A DNA stretch of 64,000 nt, from the NCBI GenBank assembly GCA_963844715.1, contig CAWJPJ010000007.1:288001-352000 (forward strand), read 5' to 3'. The notes under the pieces were generated by a model, which was not told where the DNA came from, searched no databases, and was given only the letters and a program-made list of their open reading frames with translations. This document shows, piece by piece, positions 29,863 through 39,675 of the stretch (positions are counted from its first letter, which is position 1; the number at the start of each line of letters is the position of its first letter). The translations under genes were made by a program, and so were the position numbers. The stretch comes from an uncultured Phycisphaerales bacterium (GTDB lineage Bacteria; Planctomycetota; Phycisphaerae; Tepidisphaerales; Tepidisphaeraceae).

Positions 29863-30880
29863 GCGAGAATTTTATTCAGCGCGGTGATGACGTCCGCCGG
29901 GTCGCCGCGGGTGCCCTGGGCATCGAGGACGTTAGTCGCCACGATTTTTCCGAATCGATCGCAGACAACCAGGTCGGGAATCACTTCCGTCGAATAGGCG
30001 TTCAGCAACGCGGATTTGCCGAAAGCGCTCATGGGAACAGCGGGGAAGGGCATCTGCTCCTGCTTCATATACGCGAGCATGTCGGCGTCGGTCTTGTCCT
30101 CGTTAAGCATGACGATGGCCAATTCGGGATGCTTGGGGAGCGCATCGTCGGCAAATTTGACGAGGTTGGGGGAGAAGGCCTGACAGGGAGGGCACCAGCC
30201 GGCGCCAGAGTAGAAGGCGAAATATTTTTTGCTCTGTAGGTTGGGGTCGTGATACGGCTTGCCGTCGGAATCGACCATGATGCCGTCGATCGCCGCGGCG
30301 ATGCGCGAGGGCGCTTGTCAGGATCGACGAGGACGAGTTGCCGGGCGCGGGAGATCAGGTCGGTTTGAGCAACATTTATGGTGATGCGGTTGGGAGAGTT
30401 GGGCCAGTCGATGTCTACGCCCTTTGCACTGACGTCGTAAAGCGTAACGCTGGCTCCGGCGGGGATGGTGCCCCATTGGGGGTAAACAACCGGCTGGCTC
30501 AGCGTGAGTTGCACGGGCCAAAGAGTTTCATCGGCGGCCAGAGACGTGGAATCGATCGCGCGCTGCGCAGGAGTGAGGGCGCTCCAGGCCTGATTCGCGG
30601 CGTCGAGGAGATTGGTGTCCTCCGGTTTGGCTTGGAAGCGAATGTTGCTGGTCGTGGACAAGATCAATTGCGAGCCGTCGAATTTCAGAATCTGCAGCTT
30701 GTCGGTTTGGTGGACAACCGCGCCGCTGTTGAACTGGATGTCCTGATTCATCGAGACGGCGGCGGGCCAGCGATCGGGCCGATTGGCAAGATCGGCCAGA
30801 GTCAGTGTGGCGGGCGCATCGGCTAAAGCGACGGTCGAGAAAATCCCCAGCCACAAGGCGGCTAAAAGAGCGGATTTCAT
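29844..30880 (-). CDS. Secreted protein with C-terminal nucleoredoxin/thioredoxin-like domain (indel near 30315)
   Basis: Signal peptide; YSGAGWCPPCQAFSP; IPDLVV. Confidence 0.75.
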
Positions 30881-30910
30881 AACAGGCAAGACACTACCAC
30901 GAAGGGGCGG

Positions 30911-31723
30911 TTAGACGGAAGGGGTGGCAACGGCCTCGGCCACGTGTTTTACGGCGTTGCGGAAGATTTGCAGGCCGTCCCCTTCGGGGGTTTTATTTTT
31001 ACGTGACGGGGAAGTCCAGGCGTAGTGCTGGGTGGGGTCGACGTATCGTTCGGGATGGGGCATCAGACCGAAGACCAGGCCGGTCGAGTCGCAGACGCCG
31101 GCGATGTCGTCGATCGAGCCGTTGGGGTTTTCGGGGAACTGCCCGGCGGCGGGCGAGCCGTCGGCCTTGGCGTAGACCAGGGCAACCTGATCGTTATCCC
31201 AAAGGGCCTGTCGCACGGCGCGGTCGGCAGGAAGGAATTTCCCTTCGCCGTGCGCGACGGGCAGTTCGATGGACGGAATTCCGGCGGTCCAGATGCACTT
31301 GCTTCCGCGCGGGGCCAGGCGAATCCAGCGGTCGACGAAGCGGCCGCAGTTGTTGTTGGTGAGCGTGGCGGTTTGCCCGGCGCGTCCGGCCAGGGGGCCG
31401 GGGAGGAGATCGGTTTTGACAAGAACTTGAAACCCGTTGCAGATGCCAATGATCGGTTTCCCGGACTCGACAAAACGCCGCAGATCATCCGAGAGATGAT
31501 GGACGATCTGATTGGCGAGGATTTTTCCGGCGGCGATGTCGTCGCCGTAGCTGAATCCGCCCGGGAAGGCGAGTAGCTGAAAGTCGTGGAGAAGGGCCGG
31601 ATTTTCGAGCAGCCGATTAACATGCAAAAATTGCGTGGTCGCGCCGGCGAGTTCGAAGGCGTAGGCAGCCTCGGATTCGCAATTTGTGCCCGCGGTGCGA
31701 AGGATTAGAGTATTCGGCTTCAT
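30911..31723 (-). CDS. purQ: Phosphoribosylformylglycinamidine synthase I (glutaminase subunit)
   Basis: GTNCE, PGGFSYGD, GICNGFQ, AHGEG, NPNGS, MPHPER. Confidence 0.95.
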   Translation of the reverse strand: MKPNTLILRTAGTNCESEAAYAFELAGATTQFLHVNRLLENPALLHDFQLLAFPGGFSYGDDIAAGKILANQIVHHLSDDLRRFVESGKPIIGICNGFQVLVKTDLLPGPLAGRAGQTATLTNNNCGRFVDRWIRLAPRGSKCIWTAGIPSIELPVAHGEGKFLPADRAVRQALWDNDQVALVYAKADGSPAAGQFPENPNGSIDDIAGVCDSTGLVFGLMPHPERYVDPTQHYAWTSPSRKNKTPEGDGLQIFRNAVKHVAEAVATPSV

Positions 31724-31786
31724 AACGATAAGTTTATGTTGTAGAACGGTTATATCAATCCGATAATATGATGGAGGAAGTACGAG

Positions 31787-32962
31787 ATGTCATCAGCGCC
31801 ACACGCACAGCCGGAGGGGGTTCACGAGTTGGCCGCTGGCCCGCAGATTCAAGTCGAGGAACGGAAGCTCACGCTCAACAATTTCCTGAAGACATGCGTC
31901 AAGCTCAGCGGCTCGGATATCCATCTGCAAAGCGGAAGCGTCCCCATGATCCGCGTGGACGGGCGGGCGCGGTTTCTGGAATGCCCGCCGCTCAGCGATG
32001 AACTGGTTTCGGAATACGTGACGCAGATTCTGGCGGGGCATCACGACTCGATCAAGAAACGGGAAATTCTCGACCAGCGCGGCGCCGTGGACGTGGCCCA
32101 CAGCTTTCCGGGAGTGGCGCGGTTCAGGACCAACATTTTCCGCAGCCGCGAGAAGTACGCGATCGTGATGCGGCGGATCGTCACCAAGATCCCGATGTTC
32201 GAGGACCTGAACCTTCCCCCGGGGGTCGAAGAACTGGCGGATAATAATCGCGGGCTGGTGGTGATCTCGGGAACCACGGGGCAGGGAAAATCGACGACGC
32301 TGGCGGCGATGATCGGCAAGATCAACCGGTCGCGCAGCGAGCGGATCATCACCATCGAGGACCCCATCGAATATCAGCACGACAACGCCAAGAGCCTGGT
32401 CAGCCAGGTGGAAGTGGGGACGGACAGCGAAAGCTACGAATATGCGCTGCGGGAAATGATGCGGCAGGATCCGGACACGATTTTGATCGGCGAAATCCGC
32501 GATTCGTATTCGCTTTCGGTGGCGCTGCGCGCCGCCGATACGGGACACCTGGTCTTCACGACCGTTCATGCGACCAACGCGACGCTGACGGTCGAACGAT
32601 TGGTGTCGTTGTTCGATCCGGACCAGAAGGAGCTTCAGCGCACGCAACTGGGGATGAATCTGGTGGCGGTGCTTTGCCAGCGGCTGGCGAAACGGCGCGA
32701 CGGGAAAGGGCGCGTCCCGGCCGTGGAGATCATGCACAGCACGCCGCTGGTTCGGAAGTACATTCTCGATGGAGAGTTCGACAAGCTGAAGGGGCTGGTC
32801 GGCAACAAGGAAGCCGGCAGCATCAGCTTCGATCAACATTTGGCCGAGCTATTCCAAAAGCAGCTCATCGATGTCGCCGAGGCCAAGCGCCTGGCGACGA
32901 ACATGGATGCCTTGAATCTGGCCCTGCGCGGCATCGGAAACAACGAAACTCGATTACGATAG
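31787..32962 (+). CDS. PilT/PilU-family type IV pilus ATPase
   Basis: SDIHL, GTTGQGKSTT, TIEDPIEY, RQDPD...GEIRD, TGHLVFTTVH; lacks AIRNLIRE. Confidence 0.9.
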   Translation: MSSAPHAQPEGVHELAAGPQIQVEERKLTLNNFLKTCVKLSGSDIHLQSGSVPMIRVDGRARFLECPPLSDELVSEYVTQILAGHHDSIKKREILDQRGAVDVAHSFPGVARFRTNIFRSREKYAIVMRRIVTKIPMFEDLNLPPGVEELADNNRGLVVISGTTGQGKSTTLAAMIGKINRSRSERIITIEDPIEYQHDNAKSLVSQVEVGTDSESYEYALREMMRQDPDTILIGEIRDSYSLSVALRAADTGHLVFTTVHATNATLTVERLVSLFDPDQKELQRTQLGMNLVAVLCQRLAKRRDGKGRVPAVEIMHSTPLVRKYILDGEFDKLKGLVGNKEAGSISFDQHLAELFQKQLIDVAEAKRLATNMDALNLALRGIGNNETRLR

Positions 32963-33692
32963 ATGGATGGATACGGGCCGAATTGACGTTCATTCGCATC
33001 TGCTCCCGGGACTGGACGACGGGTGCGCGGATTTCGAGGAATCGGCCGGTTGCGCGCGGCGCTGGTTCGGATGGGTTACACGCACGCCTTCTGCACGCCG
33101 CACGTCTGGCCCTCCCTGGAAAACAACCCGCAATCGATCGTTTCGGCGGTACAGGGTCTTCAAAATCATTTCGATTCGCAGGGGATCGCGCTCAAATTGA
33201 TGGGCGGCGGAGAGATCAATCTGCTCGAATGCTGGCCGGCGATTTCGAGTCTGCCCAGGGAGCAGATTGTGAGCTACGGGATGGCCGGGAAGTACGTGCT
33301 GTTCGATTTCTGGTCGGAGATATTCGAGGAGTGCGGACCGATCCTGAAGGAGGCGATCGGATATCTGTTGTCGCAGGGGATGAAGCCGATCCTGGCGCAT
33401 CCGGAAAGAATCAAGGCGATGCGCGAGCCCGGAGCGGTGGAACAGGTTGCCCAGTGGGGAGCGCAGCTTCAACTCAACAGCTATTGCCTCAGCGAGCGCG
33501 TGGATGCCGCGATCTTCGATTTTGCGTCGCGATTATTGCGCGAGGGGAAATATTTTTGCTCGGGTCGGATACGCATAAGCCTACGGGCATGGGCGTGAGG
33601 GAGAGGGGATTGGCCAAGGCGATTGAGATTGCGGGGCAAGCGGAAATAGACCGGCTGAGCGTTGGCAATCCCCGATTGCTACTGGATTTTAG
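32963..33692 (+). CDS. CpsB/CapC-family PHP-domain tyrosine phosphatase (indels; end approximate)
   Basis: IDVHSHLLPGLDDG, CTPH, AHPER, GSDTH across three frames. Confidence 0.8.
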
Positions 33693-34083
33693 GACGAATC
33701 GGCGCATGGCCTCACCCGGCGGCGCGCGTTTGGGGCGATCCGGCGCGGCGATGTACGCGCGATGAACGCGCGGGGATCGCGATTGACCTCGTCGAGGAGC
33801 CGTCTGGCAAGCGGCGCGGGGAGGCAATTCCTTGTTCCCAGTGTTCGATCAGTTCCACCGACACGCCCATCAGCCGAGCAAAGACCGCTTGACTGACCGC
33901 GAGCCGGTCGCGGGTTTTTCGGACCGCCTTGGGTGAATAGGGGCGGGGGGCGGAAACTTCGATAGTGCGCACCGTCAAGCGGTCGTGAATAGGACGATCG
34001 GACTGAACTGCATCCAGCAGCTCAGAAAGCGCATCCGTGATGCGAGCGCCGAGGCGTTTGGGTTTGGAAATACGGCGATTCAT
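33689..34083 (-). CDS. XRE/HTH_3 regulator (HigA/YiaG-like antitoxin; indel near 33810)
   Basis: VRKTRDRLAVSQAVFARLMGVSVELIEHWEQG, then RRLLDEVNRDP after frame change. Confidence 0.75.
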
Positions 34084-34268
34084 TGGGGTCCTCTTCGTAT
34101 AGAGAGCGCGTATTCGATGGCGCTGAGCATTTTGCGACAAATACGCCGACATACCCGAAGGCCAGGAGCATTAAAATTCCATTTTATCCTATATCTTAGG
34201 ATAGTTCAAGCGGCGGTTGGGACAATCGAGCGCAACCGATTTAACTTTTGCGTGATCGTCGAGATGGT

Positions 34269-35316
34269 CTAAAACGCCCCAGGGTTCGCGGCCAGGAAGA
34301 TTCTCAGGGCGAGTTCGGGATCGTCGTAAACCGTGGGTCCGGTCAGGTTTTCGGTTTCCTGCTTGGACAGCGTTGTGAGTCCCTTATTGGAAGAGTAACT
34401 GCTGGTTTTTGCGTAAGAGCACGGGAATTGGTCGCCGCTGAGGGACTCGACGTGTCCGTCGGCGAAAGCGGCATTGGCGGCGGTGTTGCGTCCCTTGGGT
34501 CCGGTGTGGCGATAGCCGATGCGGCAATTGGTCATTCCGATTTGATCCACCGATTGCCGTCCCATGTAAAGACCGTCGGCGACGATGACGAGCTGGGCGG
34601 AACGCTTGATCTTGAAGACGTTATGGACCTGGATGGAAGCGCCCGAGCTGTCCGGTCCGTAGCCGACCGAAGCGGAGTAATAAAGATCGGCCTGAGCGAT
34701 GCTGGTCACGGGACTTCCGATGGGGTTGTAAGCGTTCAGCCAATAAGAGACGCGGTAAACCTGATTGAAGTTTTCTGAGGGGATGGTGGTGTCGACTTTG
34801 ACGCCGCCGTCACCGCCGACGACGGGGAAGAGCATCGGCCAGTCCGCCCACCCACGCGGATTCGCCTGATCGACGATCGTTCCGGTCGGGCTGGTCTGCC
34901 CCTGGGCGACCCCGGCGATGTCAACTGTGTCGGGGCAATAGAAGACATTGTTGGTGTCGACCTGATACGAGCTTAGCCCCGGCGGCTGATTGAACCCGCC
35001 AGCAGAGATGAACCCGTCGCGAACGAGGATGGCGGCCCAGCCGTCGAAAGGTTGCTGGGGCCCGCCGGTGATGTTGGTGGTAGCACCAGGGGCAAAGGGC
35101 ATGTTGTAAGCCGGGACCACGCACCCACGATTTTGGACGGAGTATTCGAGCAGCCCGATGGCGATCTGTGCGCAGATTGGACATGCATTTAATCGTTCGG
35201 GATTGAGATTGAGCGCGCGAGATGACCGGGAGCAGGATGCCCGCCAAGATGCCAATGATGCCGATAACAATGAGGAGTTCGACCAGGGTAAATGCTTGAT
35301 TCCTTCGAGCGCGCAT
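34269..35316 (-). CDS. Prepilin N-terminal cleavage/methylation protein, DUF1559 / H-X9-DG family (indel near 35170)
   Basis: AFTLVELLIVIGIIGILAGILLP, CMSNLR, RH...NAAFADGHV. Confidence 0.85.
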
Positions 35317-35365
35317 GGGCCCGGATTATACATTTCATGAACTCGCATGCGCGGCGAAAATCGAA

Positions 35366-35388
35366 CCGTCGCGAGAAATTAGCGACGG
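35366..35388 (-). terminator. Possible terminator hairpin after nusG
   Basis: CCGTCGC-9 nt-GCGACGG followed on the minus strand by TTCGATTTT. Confidence 0.35.
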
Positions 35389-35417
35389 GGCCGGCCGAGG
35401 AACCCAGATTGGAGCGA

Positions 35418-35963
35418 TCAGAGCTTTTCGATCTGCCAGTATTCGAGTTCGAGCGGCGTGGGGCGCCCGAAGATGGTGGCGATGATTCGAACCATGCCTT
35501 TGTCGGGGATGATTTCGTCGACGTCACCCTCGAAATTGACGAAGGGCCCTTCGGTGACCTTGATGCGGTCGCCGCGCTTGTAAGCGGTTTGGATGGTCGG
35601 ACCGGAATCGTCGGGGCGTTCGGCTTCCTCGAGCATCTTCGCTTGGTCCTTGGGGGTCATGGGGGTGGGTTTGCCGTTGGACCCGATGAAGTCGCCGACG
35701 CCGTCGGTTTCCTTGATCATGAACCAGACTTTTTCCGGGATCATCCCGTTGGGATCGAGCTGGAGTTCAATGAAAACGTAGCCGGGATAGAGCTTGCGGT
35801 CGGTGTCGCGGCGTTTTCCGTCCTTGATCTGGCGGACGCGCTCGACGGGGACGAGGATGCGCCCGACCTGCGCTTCGAGGGCTTCGATCTTGGTCTTGCG
35901 CGCGAGGGCTTCGCGAACGCGGTCTTCTTTATTGCTGGCGACTCTGAGGACGAAAAATTGCAT
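35418..35963 (-). CDS. nusG: Transcription termination/antitermination factor NusG
   Basis: RKLYPGYVFI, VGDFIG, KOW GPFVNFEG, IFGRPTPLELEY. Confidence 0.95.
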   Translation of the reverse strand: MQFFVLRVASNKEDRVREALARKTKIEALEAQVGRILVPVERVRQIKDGKRRDTDRKLYPGYVFIELQLDPNGMIPEKVWFMIKETDGVGDFIGSNGKPTPMTPKDQAKMLEEAERPDDSGPTIQTAYKRGDRIKVTEGPFVNFEGDVDEIIPDKGMVRIIATIFGRPTPLELEYWQIEKL

Positions 35964-35971
35964 AGATAGGC

Positions 35972-36540
35972 TCAATGCTTGACGGGGAAGAAAGGCGGAG
36001 GCGTTTTGAGGACCCCGACCAGGTAGAACACGGTCTGAAAAAACAAATCGTAGGCGAACAGAATCAACGCCATGAGGAATACGAATGCGATGACGACGCG
36101 AGTGGAACCGAAAAGTTCCTTGTTGGTGGTCCAGTTGACGCGTTTCATCTCGCTGTCGGTGGAGATGAGGAAATCCACGTTCGACGGCTTGTTGAGCAAA
36201 TGGTAGCCGATAAGGATGTAAAGGAGGCCGAAGATTCCGATGACGAGATAAGTCAGCCGGTCGGTCATACCGAAGACAATGTGCTCTTGCCAGATGAAAT
36301 GGCCGCCAAGCAGTCCGAGCAGGCCGACGGCTCCGACGGTTCCCATCCGGGTCCAGTATCCCTGGCCCTTTTTATAGATGGTGAAGTACCCGCCGCCGCT
36401 GCTGGAGGGGGCGGGCGTGCCGGGGCCGCGATCCCCCGGGGGAGGGTAACTGGGCGGCGCCTTGTCCGGCGTGCTGGAGGTTGGGGTTTATCCGAGGCGG
36501 TCATGGTCGGGTTCCCCTGGCTGTCGTTCGTCGTCGTCAT
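35972..36540 (-). CDS. secE: Preprotein translocase subunit SecE (indel in N-terminal region)
   Basis: YKKGQGYWTRMGT, DFLISTDSEMKRVNW...STRVVI; located between tRNA-Trp and nusG. Confidence 0.9.
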
Positions 36541-36546
36541 GGTTCA

Positions 36547-36619
36547 CACGCCAGGAGGGAATTGAACCCCCAACCTGCCGCTTTGGAGACGGCCGCTCTG
36601 CCAATTGAGCTACTGGCGT
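36547..36619 (-). tRNA. tRNA-Trp (CCA)
   Basis: Reverse complement ACGCCAGTAGCTCAATTGGCAGAGCGGCCGTCTCCAAAGCGGCAGGTTGGGGGTTCAATTCCCTCCTGGCGTG. Confidence 0.95.
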
Positions 36620-36639
36620 AAGAGACGGTCTAAAACCTT

Positions 36640-36804
36640 TCACTTCCTTTTGATCTTATGCAGGGTGTGGCGCCGCAATCTCGGGCAGTATTTTTTCAGC
36701 TCGATTTTAGGCGCGCCGCCCACCACCTTAAGTTCGGTGCGATAGTTCAGATCGCCCGTCTCGGTGCACTGGAGCCAGACCATTTCGCGGTTTTCTTTGG
36801 CCAT
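36640..36804 (-). CDS. rpmG: 50S ribosomal protein L33
   Basis: Manual translation MAKENREMVWLQCTETGDLNYRTELKVVGGAPKIELKKYCPRLRRHTLHKIKRK*. Confidence 0.95.
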   Translation of the reverse strand: MAKENREMVWLQCTETGDLNYRTELKVVGGAPKIELKKYCPRLRRHTLHKIKRK

Positions 36805-36822
36805 GTGACGCCCTTGCTCGCG

Positions 36823-38020
36823 CTAGGCGAGGATTTTGACGACGACGCCCGAGCCGACGGTTTTTCCGCCTTCGCGTACGGCGAAGCGGAGTTTTTCCTC
36901 CATGGCGATGGGGGCCTGGAGTTCAACTTCCATGGTGACGTTATCGCCCGGCATGACCATTTCAGCCCCGCCGAGGAGCTTGGCCGTGCCGGTGACGTCG
37001 GTGGTCCGGAAGTAGAACTGGGGTCGATACCCCGTGAAGAAGGGGGTATGACGGCCGCCCTCCTCCTTGGTCAGGACGTAGACTTCGGCTTCGAACTTCG
37101 TGTGCGGGGTGATGCTCTTCGGCTGAGCGAGAACCTGACCGCGTTCGAGATCTTCTTTTTCAACGCCGCGGAGGAGGACCCCGACGTTTTCGCCGGCCTG
37201 TCCTTCGTCCAGGGTCTTGTTGAAGGCTTCGACGCCGGTGACAACCGAATTCCTGTTGGGCTTGAGCCCGACGATTTCGATGGTGTCGCCGACCTTGCAC
37301 CTTGCCGCGCTCGATACGGCCGGTGCCGACCGTGCCGCGTCCCTTGATGCTGAAGACGTCTTCGATGGGCATCAGGAACGGCTTATCGATCTCGCGCTGC
37401 GGGATCGGAATGTATTCGTCCAGGGACTTGACGAGTTCGTCAATCGGCTTGCAGCGCCGCGTCATCCTTGGGGTTCTGATACGCGGGGAGCGACGAACCG
37501 CGGATGACCGGCGTGGTGTCGCCGGGGAAACCGTACTTCGTCAGCAGTTCGCGGATTTCCATTTCGACCAGTTCGAGCAGTTCCGGGTCGTCGACAAGAT
37601 CGATCTTATTGAGGAAGACGACGATCTTGGGCACGCCGACCTGGCGGGCCAGCAGGATGTGCTCGCGGGTCTGCGGCATGGGACCGTCGGCGGCGGAGAC
37701 GACGAGGATCGCCCCGTCCATCTGGGCGGCGCCGGTGATCATGTTCTTGATGTAGTCGGCGTGGCCCGGACAGTCGACGTGGGCGTAGTGCCGCTTCTCT
37801 GATTCGTACTCGACGTGGGCGGCGGAGATAGTGACCGTCTTGGTCGCGTCACGTTCGGTGCCGCCCTTGGCGATGGACTTGTAGTCCTTGGCCTCGATGC
37901 CGAACTTGGCGGCGGACCTGCGCTGAGCGCAGCGGTCAGGGTCGTCTTGCCGTGGTCGATGTGACCGATGGTTCCAACGTTCACGTGCGGCTTTTTGCGT
38001 TCGAATACGCCCTTGGCCAT
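36823..38020 (-). CDS. tuf: Elongation factor Tu (several indels)
   Basis: [68 protein letters not shown]. Confidence 0.95.
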
Positions 38021-38159
38021 GTCGATAACCTCCGAATCAGAATTTTAGTCTTGCCACAGTCGGATGGGGCCATGCCCCTATCCTCAAATCAAAATTCAAC
38101 TGGCGGAATCCCGCGACGCCGCGCACAGCCGCAACATGATAACAGGATGCGCCGTGCAA

Positions 38160-38231
38160 AGCTGGCACTGGGGATTGAACCCAGGACCTCCACCTTACCA
38201 AGGTGGCGCTCTACCGCTGAGCTATGCCAGC
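38160..38231 (-). tRNA. tRNA-Thr (GGT)
   Basis: Reverse complement GCTGGCATAGCTCAGCGGTAGAGCGCCACCTTGGTAAGGTGGAGGTCCTGGGTTCAATCCCCAGTGCCAGCT. Confidence 0.95.
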
Positions 38232-38445
38232 GCCACCGCCAGCTTTGCGGCCGAACGGCTCTTCCGGCGATACCGCCCGGCTAGCGCGTACCGCAAGCCG
38301 ATGAAGGGCGGAAAGTATAAATCGCCACAAACTAATGTCAACATGGAGGTAGAGCGACGGCCGAGGACGAAGTAATTGACCCTGCCACCGCGAATCGACT
38401 ATCTTTAAATACTTCATCCTCAGGCGAACGATCTGGAGACCCCCC

Positions 38446-39670
38446 GTGATCCATCCGCTTAAATCGACTGCCGGTGCTTTCGCGTTGGCATTGGCCTTGA
38501 TCAGCCTTACCGCCTGTGCGCCACCAAGAAAACCGCGGCCAGAGGTCCGCTGTTTGTCACCCTGACCGATCCTGGTTTCATCCAACAATGGGATTATCAG
38601 ATTCAGTTGTCCGGCGGGGAATCAGTCAGAGGTATCTATTTGCTCGGAGACACGCTGCATGTGATGACCGATCAGAATATCGACCAGGCCCTGACCGCCG
38701 ACGGGGGCGAGTTGATTTATTTCAACCGCATCGCGGACCCGGCCGAGGGCATTCGCGGCGGTCCAGTGGATCTGACTGATCGGGTCGTCTACGCAACAAG
38801 CCATACGTTGGAGATTTACGACGTCCACGGGCGGTTTCAAAAATCAATTTTCTGCGAGGAGGGGATCACCAGCCCGCCGACCGGATCAGGAAACCTAATT
38901 TACATGGGGATCGGCGAATTGAACGGACGCCTGCGCTGCATGGATATTTCCCGCGATGTGAATCCGACACTCTGGGAGGTTCTGACCGGAGGCCGCGTGG
39001 ACGGTGCGCCGGCGGTGCTGGACAAGGAAGTCTACTGCGGAAGCGAGGACGGGAGCGTCATTGGAGTGGATGAAGACGGGAACACGCTGTGGCCGCTCCT
39101 GGACAAATACAAGTTCATCACGGGCGGGCCGATCGTCGCGGATGTGAAGGTCGACAAGACCGGAGTGTTCGCGGTTTCGGGAGACCAATCGCTTTACTGC
39201 ATCGATCGCGGCTCGGGGCATATCAAGTGGCGGTATTTCGCGGGCACACCTTTGGAAACGTCTCCGACGGTGACCAACACCACGGTATATCAATACGTTC
39301 CCGGGCGCGGCCTTGCGGCGATCGACAAGAGCCAGCCGATTACGCTCGATGCCCAGCAAACCAAATATCTCGGCGAGGAGCCGATCCACTCGGCAAAGTG
39401 GATCGCCCCGCATGCGCTGGCGTTCGTGGCGGAGGACGACCAGTACGTTTACGCTGCAAAGCGACTCCAACTCCCTCCTGGCGCTCGATAAGCAGTCGGG
39501 AGAGGTGGTCTTCTCGTCGCGGCGGCATGACCTGACGGCGTTCGCCGTCAACTTGAAAGACGCGACGATCTACGCGGCGACCAGCGGCGGCGAAATTCTG
39601 TCGATCAAGGCCGATCTGACTCCGGGAACCATCGGGGAATTGGTCATGGCGACGCCGGTCGGCGCGGTAG
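38446..39670 (+). CDS. PQQ-like beta-propeller lipoprotein (BamB-like; indels)
   Basis: GGAG RBS + GTG; lipobox LTAC; repeats YCGSEDGSV, LYCIDRGSGHIKW, LALDKQSGEV. Confidence 0.7.
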
Positions 39671-39675
39671 AAATT

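Noticed and set aside
36823..38020. tuf, gltB, nuoF and others as pseudogenes or programmed frameshifts
   Set aside because: They are essential or conserved genes with intact motifs, and the breaks lack consistent slippery sites. Sequencing error is more parsimonious.
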